Below, piece by piece: positions 49,430 through 62,188 of a stretch of DNA of 64,000 nucleotides. The notes under the pieces were generated by a model that saw only the letters and a program-made list of their open reading frames with translations, was not told the DNA's origin and made no database searches. Positions within the stretch are counted from its first letter, which is position 1. The number at the start of each line of letters is the position of its first letter. The DNA is from Rhynchobatus australiae (lineage: Eukaryota), in the NCBI GenBank assembly GCA_034780895.1, contig JAUZTB010000066.1, positions 22,816,963 to 22,880,962 of the forward strand, given 5' to 3'. Both the position numbers and the translations under genes were made by a program.

Positions 49430-49743
49430 GGGGCTCTTCAGTTAGCGGCTGGCAGTTAATGCTGTTGTCTCACGGCTCCAGGGATCCGGGTTCAGTTCTG
49501 ACCTCAGGTGCAGTTTACAGGTTCTTCCATGACTTTGTGGGTTCCCATTAGGTGTTCTTGTTTCCTCTCACATCCCACAAGTTAATTTGATAAAGTACCC
49601 TTTGGTTTAGGTAAGCAGCATAATAATCAAAAGGATGATGATGAGCAAAGGAAGAAATAAGTTGCAGAGCTACAGGGAATTAAGGAGGAGGGACTGGAAC
49701 TGATGGAATTGCTGGATCCGAGGGACTATATGGTCTTCTGTAA
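49430..49743 (+). mobile_element. V-SINE, decayed
   Basis: ctcacggctccagggatccgggttcagttctgacctcaggtgc..tgtgggttcccattaggtgttcttgtttcctctcacatccca. Confidence 0.78.
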
Positions 49744-50169
49744 GTGGGAACATAGGTGTTTGCTGAAGCATTCACCTCATCTACATTTGGTTCTTATTCC
49801 TAGTTTTATCTTGAATATTTTGTCCTGGATGGAAGTACATGTGCAAGAGCATCATGTTTGGAACCACCAGTAAGATGTGTTAAAATCTGAACTCTCTTTC
49901 CTGCAGACTTAGAGGAGCAGATGGGTTTAGACATCCTTGGTTTTCTTTTTTCAATTGTGCCTTTCTCCACTCCTCTTCAAATTTATTAATGTTATTTTTT
50001 GCTGACAGTTTACTCAATGATATCTATTCATAAATGTTCTGACTCTTGCATTCTCCTAAGTTACTTAGTTTGACGAGAATAAAGTGTAGCAATTCCATTC
50101 TTAGACACAAACAAGTATGGTTTCAGTACTGAGATATCCATGTTCGTCTGATTCCTAATATGTAAGATT

Positions 50170-50278
50170 GCCCTGCCTTTCCTGAATGACCAGAGTGACA
50201 ATGTTTCATTGGTTGTAAAGCACTTTGGCACATCATGGGGTTGTGAAAAGTGCTGTATAAAACTGCAGGTCTTTTCAA
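50170..50278 (+). mobile_element. DeuSINE 3' part
   Basis: ttcattggttgtaaagcactttggcacatcatggggttgtgaaaagtgctgtataaaactgcaggtctttt. Confidence 0.7.
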
Positions 50279-53200
50279 AATGTATATCAATTATTAAGAT
50301 GTGAATTGCAGGTTTTCCAGTGAAGGCTGAAATTGCTGTGGAGTTGAAAGAGCTTGGATATGGTTTCTCCTTTTGTTGTTTGTTGACACTACTGGGAAAT
50401 GATCTGATAATCCAGTCCCCCATAGATTGCCAGAAGCCAATGTCTTTGGTCTCTCCCACAGATTTATTTTTCCCACAAGGGATTAATATTTTAGCAGTGG
50501 TTCTAAATACATTTGTAGTGAAACAGGAGGGTTAGATGGGGAACTTCAGCATCAGTCCAATAGTTCATCTTATAAAGCAAAATCAATTAAGATGGTTGAC
50601 TGTGAACATTTATCCCTTTAGTTTCCACTGTTGAATTTTCATGATGGGCTTTGACTCTTTGGAGAGTGCAGAGTTAATGGTAATTGTTCCCTTCTCTTCA
50701 AAATTTATTATCTGGTTCATTCAATGGCAAACACTCCATCAACTAGATTGAGGCCTATGGTTCATTGATAGATCTGCCTTATGTGGGGCTAACACAGGGA
50801 GTTTTATCACAGATGTCTCGCTTTGAAAGAAAATTAAACAAGTATCTCATTACCAAATGCTTCAGTGGTCCCCGGAGGTGGCCACGGAGGCAGAGTTTTT
50901 AATGAGCTGGGAACTCTGCCAGTGCTAAAGTCTACAGTCTCCCTGTTTTTCTTGGGGAGCATTCGGAAGAGCCCTTTCTATTCAGACCTGCTCAGGCAGA
51001 GGAGAAAAGCACCATGCTGATTTCTTCTTTTCAACTCCTAAAGAAGGAGATAATGTACTTTTGTGCGATGTGGCTCANNNNNNNNNNNNNNNNNNNNNNN
51101 NNNNNNNNNNNNNNNNNNNNNNNNNNNNNNNNNNNNNNNNNNNNNNNNNNNNNNNNNNNNNNNNNNNNNNNNNNNNNNNNNNNNNNNNNNNNNNNNNNNN
51201 NNNNNNNNNNNNNNNNNNNNNNNNNNNNNNNNNAGACATCCTTTCAAACCCAACAATATAGTGGATTGCTATGGTTCATATTGGGATAATCAGTTTAGAA
51301 CATTTGCCTTGCCCCAGAATACAAATTGCATTTGGCATTCCCAGTTAAACGGTTCAAGGGATAATGAGATTAATGTAGTAGTGAATTGAACTAAGCAAAA
51401 GCCTTTTTACAGTGTTGCCTAACTAGTTTAGAGGAAACTCGTTTGAAGTTTTTGCTTTCATGCAAATGCATAACTTTAAACTCACCCAAGGTTATGGATG
51501 TTCCTTGGCTGAGTGCGTGCGCACACTCCTAACCCTGACAGAAGCTTGGAATTGAAACGGCCAAGAGCTAAAGCTTTATTGAAAGCTGTAAGGCCCAGAC
51601 AGATGAGCGGTCTCAAGCTAGATTTCTTTCCATCTTCTCCATCTGTTCACTGCAATTTTAATTAAATCTACCGAGGGCTCTCTGGCATGTTCATGCAAGG
51701 AAGAAGGAGCCTGCCTTAGTGTCCACATGTCTTTCATTTTTACCGTGGGCCACTAATGAGCTGGAACACAAAGTGCAGTCCATTGGTGTGCTCTCTGCCA
51801 TTTGCTCCCCATCTTCAGCTGTTAGTAATAGATAAGTAGAAAGCAACAGCTGGCCTGCTGTGTACTTCCACCAAGCAAAACAAACTAATGAAGGATTTTC
51901 ATTTGTGAGCAACATGCTAATGTGAATGACAGGCTTCCAGTAACCTTAGAGCAAACTCTAGAAAGCTGTCTATCTGATGAGGACTCTTCTGCTGGCACAT
52001 GACACTTCTAATGTTATAATGGCTTTCACGTGCATTCTTTTTGAATGCTGTCATATATGAAGATCATGCTCCCCTTCATTTTCTGCAGGCTTGTCTAGCA
52101 AAGCTATTAAGGCTGCGATGGAATTGACACTTAACCACCAGCATGTCAATCTCACTTCTCATGTCAGCACATCTTGCTGCTCATTAAGAGTATATCACTA
52201 AACTTCACAAATACCCATCTGACATAGTACCTCATGTCTAAACATAGTATTAATTGAGTTGCTGATGATCCTGTTTTGGCATTGGGGGTTTACAGCTACA
52301 CTCATCCAGAAGTGTATTATTTGTACAACATGAGTACAGGCACTGGAATACTTGATAGCTAAGACCTGGTGTCGGTAATTCACAATATTCTTTTTATAAC
52401 CTGGGTTTATTATTAGCATCATCCCTTTATACTAAAATGGGTCTAAACTTGAGCCTTACATGCAATTTGATATTGTACAGCACATTACTGAAGCTCACAC
52501 AAAAACGTGCGATGATTTGCTCCCTTATCCTCTGTCGTCTTTTCTGGAGAAAATTTTGACCAGAAAAAAGGCAATTGAAAGAGCCACTTAAAAATATTCC
52601 AAGTGATCCATCAAATTGAAATTTAGAATGTTTTCAAATTGGTCAGAAATGTTCTGATTCTAAGTCAATTGAGAATTTCCATATGATTTGTCATCTATCC
52701 CATGGAAAAATGTACATCCCGCTGCTCCTATGGAGACATAATTCTCGCCTGAGAGTTTTTCTAAACCATTTCAGGACTGCTTAAGATAAGCACGTCATGT
52801 TAAGATATTAAGTAATGCAGGTAAGTGTGTTTTATGATATAGCTTTATCGAAACTAGGACCATACGATAAACTTGACTCAGTTTAAAAGTGAAGATCACT
52901 ACAAAAGTGGGACCAGTTTCATCCATGAAAAAAGTCTTCAGAAAGTGAAAATACTCTTCTCAGATAGAGTAGGGATAATTGGGTAATGCCTCCCGGTGAC
53001 CACACTGGAATAAATGACTGAAATTTATTTTATACACAGTGCTTGCCTGCAGTTATCCTCCACTCACTGCATTCTTCTGGAGTTATTACCAAGCTTTAAC
53101 TTGGAAAAGTTTCTGCAGTTGCTGTTTTTCCGTCCTTTTTAAAAGATTCTGTTTCCTGAGTGAACTTTCATTTGGTGTATAGTGACTCTTTGCTGTGAGC

Positions 53201-53349
53201 CTAGACACATGCCCTTTCTGTCCTATTATATTGGAATACACAGCATTATGAACTGTTGGGAAAAAGAAACAGCCCAGATTTTGATTCCTCATTTTCATTA
53301 GTAATTATTCAGATTTATTGACAAGATTTCAGAAAAGGCAAACTGTTTG

Positions 53350-53718
53350 TCTATTTGATTGGTGTTCCAGCTGCTGAATTCAGTATCCCTATTGTCTCTC
53401 GCACATCATGCCAATGGAATGCACTGTCTCCAGCGATACACTGCAGCCACTCCCCGAGTTTACTGCAGCAGCACGGCCCAGTCTCACAAGTTGACCAGTG
53501 TTGTGAGATCAATTATCAACTCTGTGTCCTTATATAGCCACTGTGGCTTGGTCAAAATCCTGGATTTCATTCATGCACAACATCATTGCAACACAGCCAC
53601 TGCAAAAATTATACCTGTGCAAGGAGAAACCCATCCTCATCTGAAGGCAACTAAGAATGGACAACAAATGTTGCCTTGACATTGTTATTCATGGCCCAAA
53701 AACAGATTTAAAAAAAAA
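53350..53718 (+). mobile_element. CR1-clade family B 3' fragment, old
   Basis: gatacactgcagccactccccgag..ggtcaaaatcctggatttc..ggcaactaagaatggacaacaaatg followed by an A-tail. Confidence 0.7.
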
Positions 53719-54849
53719 TTAGGACTGTCTTCATCTTCCTGCAACTACATGATGTTTTAGTATAATGCTTCGTAAAGCATTCCCCAAAATGTGTCACTTC
53801 ACTCCAGAATCAAACCCTCCCTTCAAAAGAGAAGTAATTTCAAAGGATGTGTCTGGGGTTAATTCAAAGTATTTCCTCAGGAGTAATCTTCTGTTATAAT
53901 TGGAAAAGTTTGATAAAGGAAACTGCCAATTAAAATCATTCCACATGGGTGTTCCCATTCTTGTGTTGTAATCCAAATCCTTTGGCAGAACCCCCTTAAC
54001 ATGGCAAAATTGACTCATACTAATTCTGCCTTTAGCTTTGCGGGGATAATAGCACAGGAGAGCTGGAGATGCAGGCATTTTGCACAGGTTGCTTTAAAAT
54101 GCTGAACTGTTTCTGTGGCCCTCATCTACACAAGGCAGTTACTCAGAGTTTGTAAATAGATGGCCAAGTCTCATAAGAAAGTGTCTTTCACTTTTTTTGA
54201 GGTGAGGAATCCCTTCAGATGCTGTTGCATTAAACAGTAAATATTTAGTTACCAGGACAACAACTACAAACCTTGAAAAATCCAGTTTCCTACTTTCTGT
54301 TTCTGAGGAAGTAGGTTGTGAGTTCAAACAGCACTCAGGGCTCTTGTGTATATAATCCTGACTGTTCAGATACAAGGGAGGGTTGAACTGTTGGAGATGT
54401 TGGGGAAGATCTGCCAGTGGCCACCCAGATCTGCTGGTAGACATCCGATGGGATAACACCAGGTTCCACCAATTTCCCAGTTCTCAGGGTGAGAAATTTC
54501 TCCAATAGGGCTGTATCAGATTAGACCTGGCACATGTACAGAGGACCCCTTAAAATGGATGGGGAAATCGACTGCTGCGAGAAAGCTAATTAGAGCTTTA
54601 TACTTGATTTCATTTAAATTAGTTAAAATGTTTTAAACTGAATGAAGTGAGTATATGTTATGGTCATTTTTAATATACGCTTTTTTTATTTTTAACATTC
54701 AGTCAAGCACTTTTGAATGGAGATGAATGTCAAAAACCTTCACAGACATTCAATAAGATTGTCATCTTTGACAGCTGGTGAACCTAGGGGTGGGACCTCA
54801 TGGTTGTCAAAGACATTCTGTCAATGGAGCCAGCAATTACTCTGGGAAA

Positions 54850-55210
54850 TGCCTGTGCAGCACTACACTGTGCTGTCCTTACCAATGAGAGCTCAGTTTC
54901 TAGTGGAACACTGCTCTCGAGAAATCGAGGGCTAAAGAACCTCTGCACCTTCAACCCCTATCTGACCTCTCAGCTTGGTTAAAATGATTCTGTGGCATGG
55001 AACAGGAGAGTTCATCCGGTGTTCACGCCATTAATTATCCTTTAATCAATGCCGTTAAAGAAGTGTTGTTATGATTTGTGGGAACTCGTATAAATTGGCT
55101 GCTGTATTTTCCTGAATTATTGCACTTAAACAGGACAACTGCAGCAGACACATGGCTGTGAAGATTCTTGGAATATTCTGGGAAAGTGGAAGATGTTACA
55201 TAAACATTGG
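54850..55210 (+). mobile_element. Decayed DeuSINE
   Basis: cctatctgacctctcag..gattctgtggca..caggagagttcatccggtgt..tttgtgggaac..aaattggctgctg. Confidence 0.65.
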
Positions 55211-55299
55211 AACATTGGAGAAATATAGGTCCTCTCTTTTTGTTCTTTAATTTTGACAAGTAGCAAGCAAGATCATAGTTTTAAACCCTCTTTTTTCTG

Positions 55300-55655
55300 A
55301 CTTATTCATTTTTTAGACATTACTACCAAAGCCAGCATTTATTCCCCATCCATAATCACCCTTGGGAAGGTGGTGGTGGACCACTTTCTTGAGTTGCTGT
55401 TGTTCTTCTGTGAAAATGGTCCCATTCTGCTGGTAGGTTGGGACTTCCAAGATTTAGAGCCATTCTCGAGAAAGGACCAGCAAGATATTTCCAAGTCAGG
55501 AAATGGAGGGGAACCGTTAAGCGGTGGTGTGGCCATGTGCCTTTGTGGTGTTGGAGGTCATGGGTTTTGGAGGTGTTGTCAGACCAGCCAGGATAAGTAA
55601 ATGCAGCCTGTTTTGTTGCCATGGTGCCAAGAATGCCCAGCCCATTCATAGTGCC
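55300..55655 (-). mobile_element. CR1-clade family B 3' fragment
   Basis: caaagccagcatttattccccatccataatcacccttgggaaggtggtggtg..atatttccaagtcagg..gaggtcatgggttttggaggtg. Confidence 0.8.
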
Positions 55656-57924
55656 CATTCTGCACCCAGCTGGAGAGAGTCTAACCAACTGGGCCAAGAG
55701 GCACATCCTCCTTCTGGTCTGCTTGGCTCTGTTTCATAGTAAGCAATGGCTTTGCCGCTAGGGAGGCTACAGTGTTGCTCAGTTGTAAATATTAAAGTGT
55801 TTAATGACAAATTAAACAAATAGTCCACTTAAAAATCACAGTCACTAACATTCTGCCTGAGGTAAAATTCTGTCCCGACTTACAATATAATTTCAAGTTA
55901 GTGAAGCTGTTCCAAGCTACAACACCAACATCTGTTGGCCCTGTCTTCTCTCTCTTTCCCTTCCCCCCCTCCTTCCCCAATACTACTTGCCCTCCAGTTC
56001 TAACATAGTTTTAAACTTCTTAAGAATTTATTTGTTGTGGAGAACTTTACTTGTGAGGCTATTTAATTGGACTACTTCAGACTAAATTTCATCCTTTAAA
56101 ACTCTGGATCAGTGTGGTTCCATTAAAAGCAACTCTTACAGTCTTAAGCGCAAGAGTCATTTTATATATTCAGCTGGGGTTTATTAGAGATTGGAATCCA
56201 CCACCCACTCCACTATTTCCTTTAATCCTTCCTCTGGTTTATTTTACTCTACTCCTGTGTACTGGAATTTGTGCCATATTTACTGGTGTGTTTTCAATTG
56301 AAAAGAAGCCCTCTTTTCATATCTGAAAGAAACATAGTATTTTATAAGTCTCACTGGGGAAATACAAATTGACAAAAAATAAACTTATACATTAAGTTCC
56401 TGGTGCTGTAAAAATGCTTATTTAGTCGGGCAAAAATATACTGTAGTTCTTTCTTCTGCAATCAATAGGATCTGAAATGTCTCTTGTAATTAGCACGCAT
56501 AAAAAGTATATTTATAGGGTTTAAAGGGACAGTATTGTTTATTTTTTCTTGTGTATGATTAGTTATAATATCTCGATTGAGATTCTGTTTTAAGTTAAAT
56601 ATTTTTGGGATAGTTGATTCACCATTACTATTAACATCATCTGGGGTCATTGTAAAGGAAATTATGGAGGAGGGCTTTTGATTCAACTTCTGAGGTCTGC
56701 TCTAAAAAAAAGAAAATATTCTTTGTTTCTTCCAAACAAAGTGACATAACCTCGTGCCACATCACTTCTTTTTCTCCCAATGGTGAAATGGCTGTCAAAA
56801 AAGAACCCTTATTCCTTCTGGAGAGCTGGATTAATTTTAACAAGGACTGTCACTTCATAACCACCTAAATATCCAGGTGGATCTGCCTGACCTCTGGCCT
56901 CAAGATAACAATCCTACCAATGAGATTGACTGCACACACAGTCAAAGGCTGTGCCATTGCCCGGGAATACTGGTGGTCTCGATCTATCAGTGATATTGAA
57001 GGAGCTTCTGACGGAGGAAATTCTCATGTCTCTACTGGAGTTATTTCTAACAGTTAAGAGATCTAAATACAGTTGCATTTTGTAGAAAAAATACAATCTG
57101 TTGGCTTTCTTTAACTTTAAAGAGAGTATATGTCTGGTTTGGCACCATTATATCATAATTTTTTTCCTGATAAAATAATGAAATTGAAATGCATGGTATA
57201 GAGCCACATAGCCAGAATAGATAATGACCTAAAAATTGTTTGGCACCTTGCTGCTGCAAAATGATTTTGTCACAAGGCTCAAATCTTCAGGTGCAACTGA
57301 AGAGGCCTTACTTGATTAACATCACGATGGGGTTGTGGGAGAAGTTGGTGCATGGGGTTTGAAGTGTGTGAGAAAGTTGAGCTTCAATCACTGAAAGAAT
57401 CAGGACCTCAAGGTACATAGTGGGGCATTGCTGCTGGTGGGTGGGATACAGTTGTGTGAGAAATAGTGATGGGGGTTTGGGCTTGAGGGAGAGTTCCTGC
57501 AAGCTTCCTACCTGCAGCTAGTATCCAGCATCGGCTTCATGAGTGGCAGGACCCTTTGAGTATTGCCAAAGTATTACTTGTACTGAAGGCTTGGTCACAC
57601 ATGACTGATCTATGCCATCAATGAGCAACATGTGCAGTGAGGGAATTTCTTGGAAGTAGTGTCCAGCTGTGCATTGCATTAAATTGAATGCCACTGCACT
57701 TGTCCAGACATCTTTGTGCATTAGCATGTCACATGCATGGAGGTGGTATGAAGTAAATCACTGATCATATTCAGTGATTTTTTTAATGAAATTCTAGTGC
57801 ATACCACTCATAAGCATTGCTTCTCATGATGGAATATCTATCCTCAGTTCACTCCTTCCTCTGTGCTGTCCTAACTTATTTCAGATAATTAGCAGTGGAG
57901 ATATTAGAATTGATTTAACAATCC

Positions 57925-58150
57925 CCAGGCTAGTCGAGGCCAATAAAACAGCCAGGATTTCTGTTCCTGATCAATATCCAATGTCTTTGAAATTGTTGGC
58001 TTGGATATTGTAAGAGGGCAAGATCAGGCTAAGCAGTGTTGCTCCTTCAACCATTGAATAATCTTATTGATACATCTTTTGAGGTTCATACTGTGTAAAA
58101 CTACAAGTAATTACTTGGATAAGGAACTGAGTAGGCGCCAGCATCATTGA
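57925..58150 (+). mobile_element. SINE body (unclassified, resembles a recalled chondrichthyan family)
   Basis: aaacagccaggatttctgttcctgatcaatatccaatg..caagatcaggctaagcagtg; related copy at 9515(-). Confidence 0.5.
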
Positions 58151-58939
58151 GATGACAGTTGAGTGATAGTCACTGACTTCAGCAAAACTACGATGATCCA
58201 TTTGTGCCTTAAATTTTCCTGGTTCCAGTTTCTATAAATGGAGGGGGAACTGTGGAAAAGCGAAACATGAATGGGTTCCTGCAAAAATAGGACACTATTT
58301 AAAATACCTTTATTGTTGAAATCATGGCTGATTACTCAAGTGTCTCCCAGGAGACATGGATCTCCTGGCCAGTGATGACGGCGACCAGGGAACACTTTGT
58401 GATTTAAATTTCCCACCATGCTAGTGAATGAAAGCTAGGATCTGCTCTGTGGGTAAGCTGTGGAATCTAGTTTTCACCAGTGAATAAATGGGCAACTTGG
58501 GACTGTGGACCAAGGATGCTCAGTGGAAGAGAAAAGATTCTTGATCTGAAAGCATCATTCATTCAGTATGTTTCATTCAGTAGATGCAGGGTCATGTTTA
58601 AAAGTGAATGAGGAAAATACTCCAAAAGGAGCAGTGCAAAAATAAATCCGCCGGGGAGGAGTTGGTGATTTAAGGAGAGCTCGTCATCACTGGCATAAAT
58701 GAACTGGGTTGAGCGAGAGGGGGGGGGTAAGCAGATGGACTCTTTCGGTTCTACAGTTCTGAGTCTGCAGTGAAAACTCCTAAGAGTCTGAGACCAAGGG
58801 GTGAAGTACAAAAGATGGTGCTGAGTTCAGGATTCTTACCTATCCTGGAGTACAGAGAGAATCACCTGAAATAGTTCCATTTCCTGCTCCTGCACTATCC
58901 TTGGTCTCCTCTGACTTTCCATCTGCACACTGTATCACC

Positions 58940-59765
58940 CTGAAAACACAAGCTCTGAGTTATCCCAGCTCTCTTGATGCCTTTGTTTCCTCTGATTTGT
59001 CACAATGCTTGTCCATTATCGAGCTCTGGTTGAACAGAAATCGCCTCCATCGAAATAATAGTGAGAACTCCAATACCTGACACAGGCATCTTCATCCCTT
59101 TCCCACCAGCTGTCTGAGGCTGAACCAGATGTTCACAGCCCTGATGTGATAGCCATCCTGAGATTAGCTACGTGTTCTTCCCATTGCTGAGGTTGCCCAT
59201 TTCAATCCCTGTAGAGTTACCTTTCCCAACCTCTGCTTCCACTCATCTCACCCTTTTCCATCCCTTTGTTACTTGTGCTCTTCTTATTCAAAGGCTGGTC
59301 TGGCTTCTCTCCCATCTTGGGTTCTCCATAGACTTGAGCTAATCTAAAACTGAATGATAGTTTCCAGTTTCCGAAGGTCTCCTCACCCGTTTCGTATTAA
59401 CCAACAAATGCTCCTGGTGCCAACGCCAAGATTTTGAACAATACTCATTTTTGTTCATGGCCTCCACCCACCCTTCTCAGTCACCTCTTCCTGCCAACTC
59501 TATTGTCTCTGAAATTTCCAGTTCTGATCTCTTAATCATTCCTGAACTTAACACTCCGCTATTGGCCATGACTCCAGTTTGTGACACACTTCCCAAATTT
59601 CTATGCCTCTCCATTTCTCCTTCAGCCATTCCTTAAAACCTTTGGTCATCTTCCCTAATGTATCCATTTGTAGTCCAACATCAGGTTTTATCTGAGAACA
59701 CTTCTGTAAACCTTGATAAATTTCAGTACATTTAGGGTGCTATATAGATGCATGTCATTGTTAAT
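58940..59765 (+). mobile_element. L2 LINE 3' fragment, decayed
   Basis: LSQCLSIIELWLNRNRLH (58998-59051) and tgtctgaggctgaaccaga; tail gtgctatatagatgcatgtcattgtt. Confidence 0.75.
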
Positions 59766-59897
59766 GTTATTCCCCTTCCCCATAACATTGCGGTTAATTT
59801 ATTGGATTAGCAGTCAGACCCTGGACCAATGCACTAAAATCACAGAAGGACAGCTGAGGGGATTAAGTTTTAGGATATTAAACATATTTAATATCCT

Positions 59898-60073
59898 GGG
59901 GCAGATACATTAGGGACATTTAAGATACTCCTAGATAGACACATGAATGATAGAGAAATGGAGGTTTATGTGGGAGGGAAGCGTTAGATAGATCTTAGAG
60001 CAGGTTAAAATGTCGGCACAACATTGTGGGCCAAAGGGCCTGTATGATGCTGTAATGTTCGATGTTCTATGTT
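59898..60073 (+). mobile_element. CR1 3' tail nested in the SINE
   Basis: gcagatacattagggacatttaaga..attgtgggccaaagggcctgta..gttctatgtt, similar to 37665-37837. Confidence 0.88.
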
Positions 60074-60155
60074 TGGAATACATAGTCACCATCAGTAATA
60101 GTAATCACAAAGCTACTGGATTGTTGTAAAACCCATCAGGCTCACCGATGTCCTT

Positions 60156-60487
60156 CAGCAGCACAGTTCATTGAGCTGCTGTCCCACAGCACCAGGGACT
60201 GAGGTTCAGTCCTGACTTCGGGTGTTATCTGTGTGGAGTTTGCATGTTCTCCCTGTGATGTCCATGGGTTTCCTCCAGGTGCTCCAGTTTCCTCCCACAT
60301 CCCCATGTGTGTCAGCGGGTTAATTGGCCTCTGCAAGTTGACCTAAGTATGTCTGTGAGCAATGGAATCCAGGAGGAGTTGATGAGAATGTGGGTAAAAT
60401 TTAAAAAAGGATTAATGTGGGATTAGTGTAAATGGGTGATTGATGGTTGGTACAGATTGTGTAGACTGAAGGGACTGTTTCCATGAC
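60156..60487 (+). mobile_element. V-SINE nested in the SINE
   Basis: ggttcagtcctgacttcgggtg..tgtgtggagtttgcatgttctccctgtga..gggtttcctccaggtgctccagtttcctcccacat. Confidence 0.88.
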
Positions 60488-61259
60488 CAAACCTTCCATC
60501 ATTACCCAGTCTGGCCAGTATATGTCTCCAGACCCACCAGTTGTGATTGATTCTTCATTTCAACAGCATTTAGAGTTGGACAATAAATACTAGCATTGGT
60601 CAGCAACATTCACATCCCAAGAGAATTTAAAAAAAGCTGCTCGTGACTGTCCTTTTAGTTTGGGGGACTTCAGAGCAAAACCACGAGCAAAGATGCCCCA
60701 CCTCACAAACACAATCATAGAAGGGTAAGGAGTGAATGTCACATGGTCGGGGTGGCACATGACCAAATCTCTTGACACGCCTTCAATCCCAGATGGCACA
60801 GTTAAATAATCCTTAAAACTCTTGTAAAGTTGCGGCAAGTATCAGCGGGTCCCAGCGTTGGACGTAACTTATTTGGTGTCTGCAATGTTCAGTCTCTGAG
60901 ACACGTGTAATCCTCCAGTGGCTAGCAGAGTTATTGGGGNNNNNNNNNNNNNNNNNNNNNNNNNNNNNNNNNNNNNNNNNNNNNNNNNNNNNNNNNNNNN
61001 NNNNNNNNNNNNNNNNNNNNNNNNNNNNNNNNNNNNNNNTTATTGGGGTGCAGACTTTGCATTCATTGTAGGTCCACGCCTTTATTTTGCCAGCAATCTC
61101 TGTTGCATTTTGAAGCAGGCGGTCGGAAAATGCAAACTACTTCTTTTAAAATCTGTACATCGCATCAATCTGAGTCAGGCTCACTATATGACAGAGTGAG
61201 GCAGAAGCAATCAATAAAACGCAATTTACTTAGCTGTTAAACTGCAGTAAATCTGAAGC

Positions 61260-62042
61260 CTCCCGTTCCTTAAACACACCCCTCTCTGTTCCTCCCTCCC
61301 GTCTCCCCACCCCTCTTGTATTAGCTCATTGGCTGCAGGTATTATCTCCCAGCAGCCACACCCCACCTCTCTGTCATCTGTAAATGCTTTGTTATGGCAC
61401 GGGTTATTTTTTTGAAGTGAGATCACCGTCTCTTCGTTTGATGGATCTGGTCTAGCCTCCGAAAAGCCTGCAAGAGACTCCAGTCTTTGCGATCTGTGGC
61501 AGTGCAAATTAGCTCCAGCCAGCTTTAGGTTCTTAGTACAGAACAGGATTGGTGTGCGAGTGCTGTTAAGCATGAACAGTTGCAGTTTCAGAGAGGCTTA
61601 TCATGGGAATTAGGTGTATCCGTGGAGAGGGACAGAGTAATCTAATACGAGGTGACCTTTTGTTGGCTCAAATTTGACTTGCTGTTGTGTTATCGGTCAG
61701 AGCAATAACAAGCGTTGCCATCTGTGTGGCTGGGGATTACTGGGGAAATTGCACACCACTGATCGCATGCTGAAAGGAAGCCGCTGTGTAGACGAGAGAG
61801 CCAGGCTGCCTAGAGGGCCACTCAGATGCCTGCTTGCAGTTTGAAACCAGTTGTCTTCACCATCCATTCGCGGGGGCTCTTGTATACCAAAGAGGATTTC
61901 TGCGCTGTTGCCGGCGTGTCCGACTCCAGCGCCCCTACAGCACTCTATCAGTCCACTAGCATAGCTGCTTGAACATCGGGGAAAGAAACAGTTACTTTGG
62001 ACAGGGAATATTCTTGGAGCCCTGCTCGTTTCTGGATTTGAT

Positions 62043-62079
<37 letters not shown>

Positions 62080-62188
62080 TATATATATACCTATGTATGT
62101 ATGTTAACACACATATACATCATTTCGATTGAGATCTTGGGATGTACAGTGGGATCTGAGACTTGCAGTGCTCTCTTCAGTGGTGAGT
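61260..62188 (+). promoter_or_regulatory. Putative promoter and non-coding first exon ending at a splice donor
   Basis: CpG-enriched and lacking recognisable TEs; C-rich boxes 61278-61370; reverse CCAAT (attgg) at 61328 and 61548; donor TG|GTGAGT at 62183. Confidence 0.45.
62045..62089. repeat. (AT)16 microsatellite with imperfect extension
   Basis: Direct inspection. Confidence 0.95.

Larger units (their letters stand above)
59790..60635 (+). mobile_element. tRNA-SINE with family-B LINE tail, interrupted twice
   Basis: Head ttattggattagcagtcaga; body gattgttgtaaaacccatcaggctcaccgatgtccttcag resumes at ccttccatcattacccagtctggcc; tail ggacaataaatactagc..cacatcccaagagaatttaaaaaaa. Confidence 0.72.
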
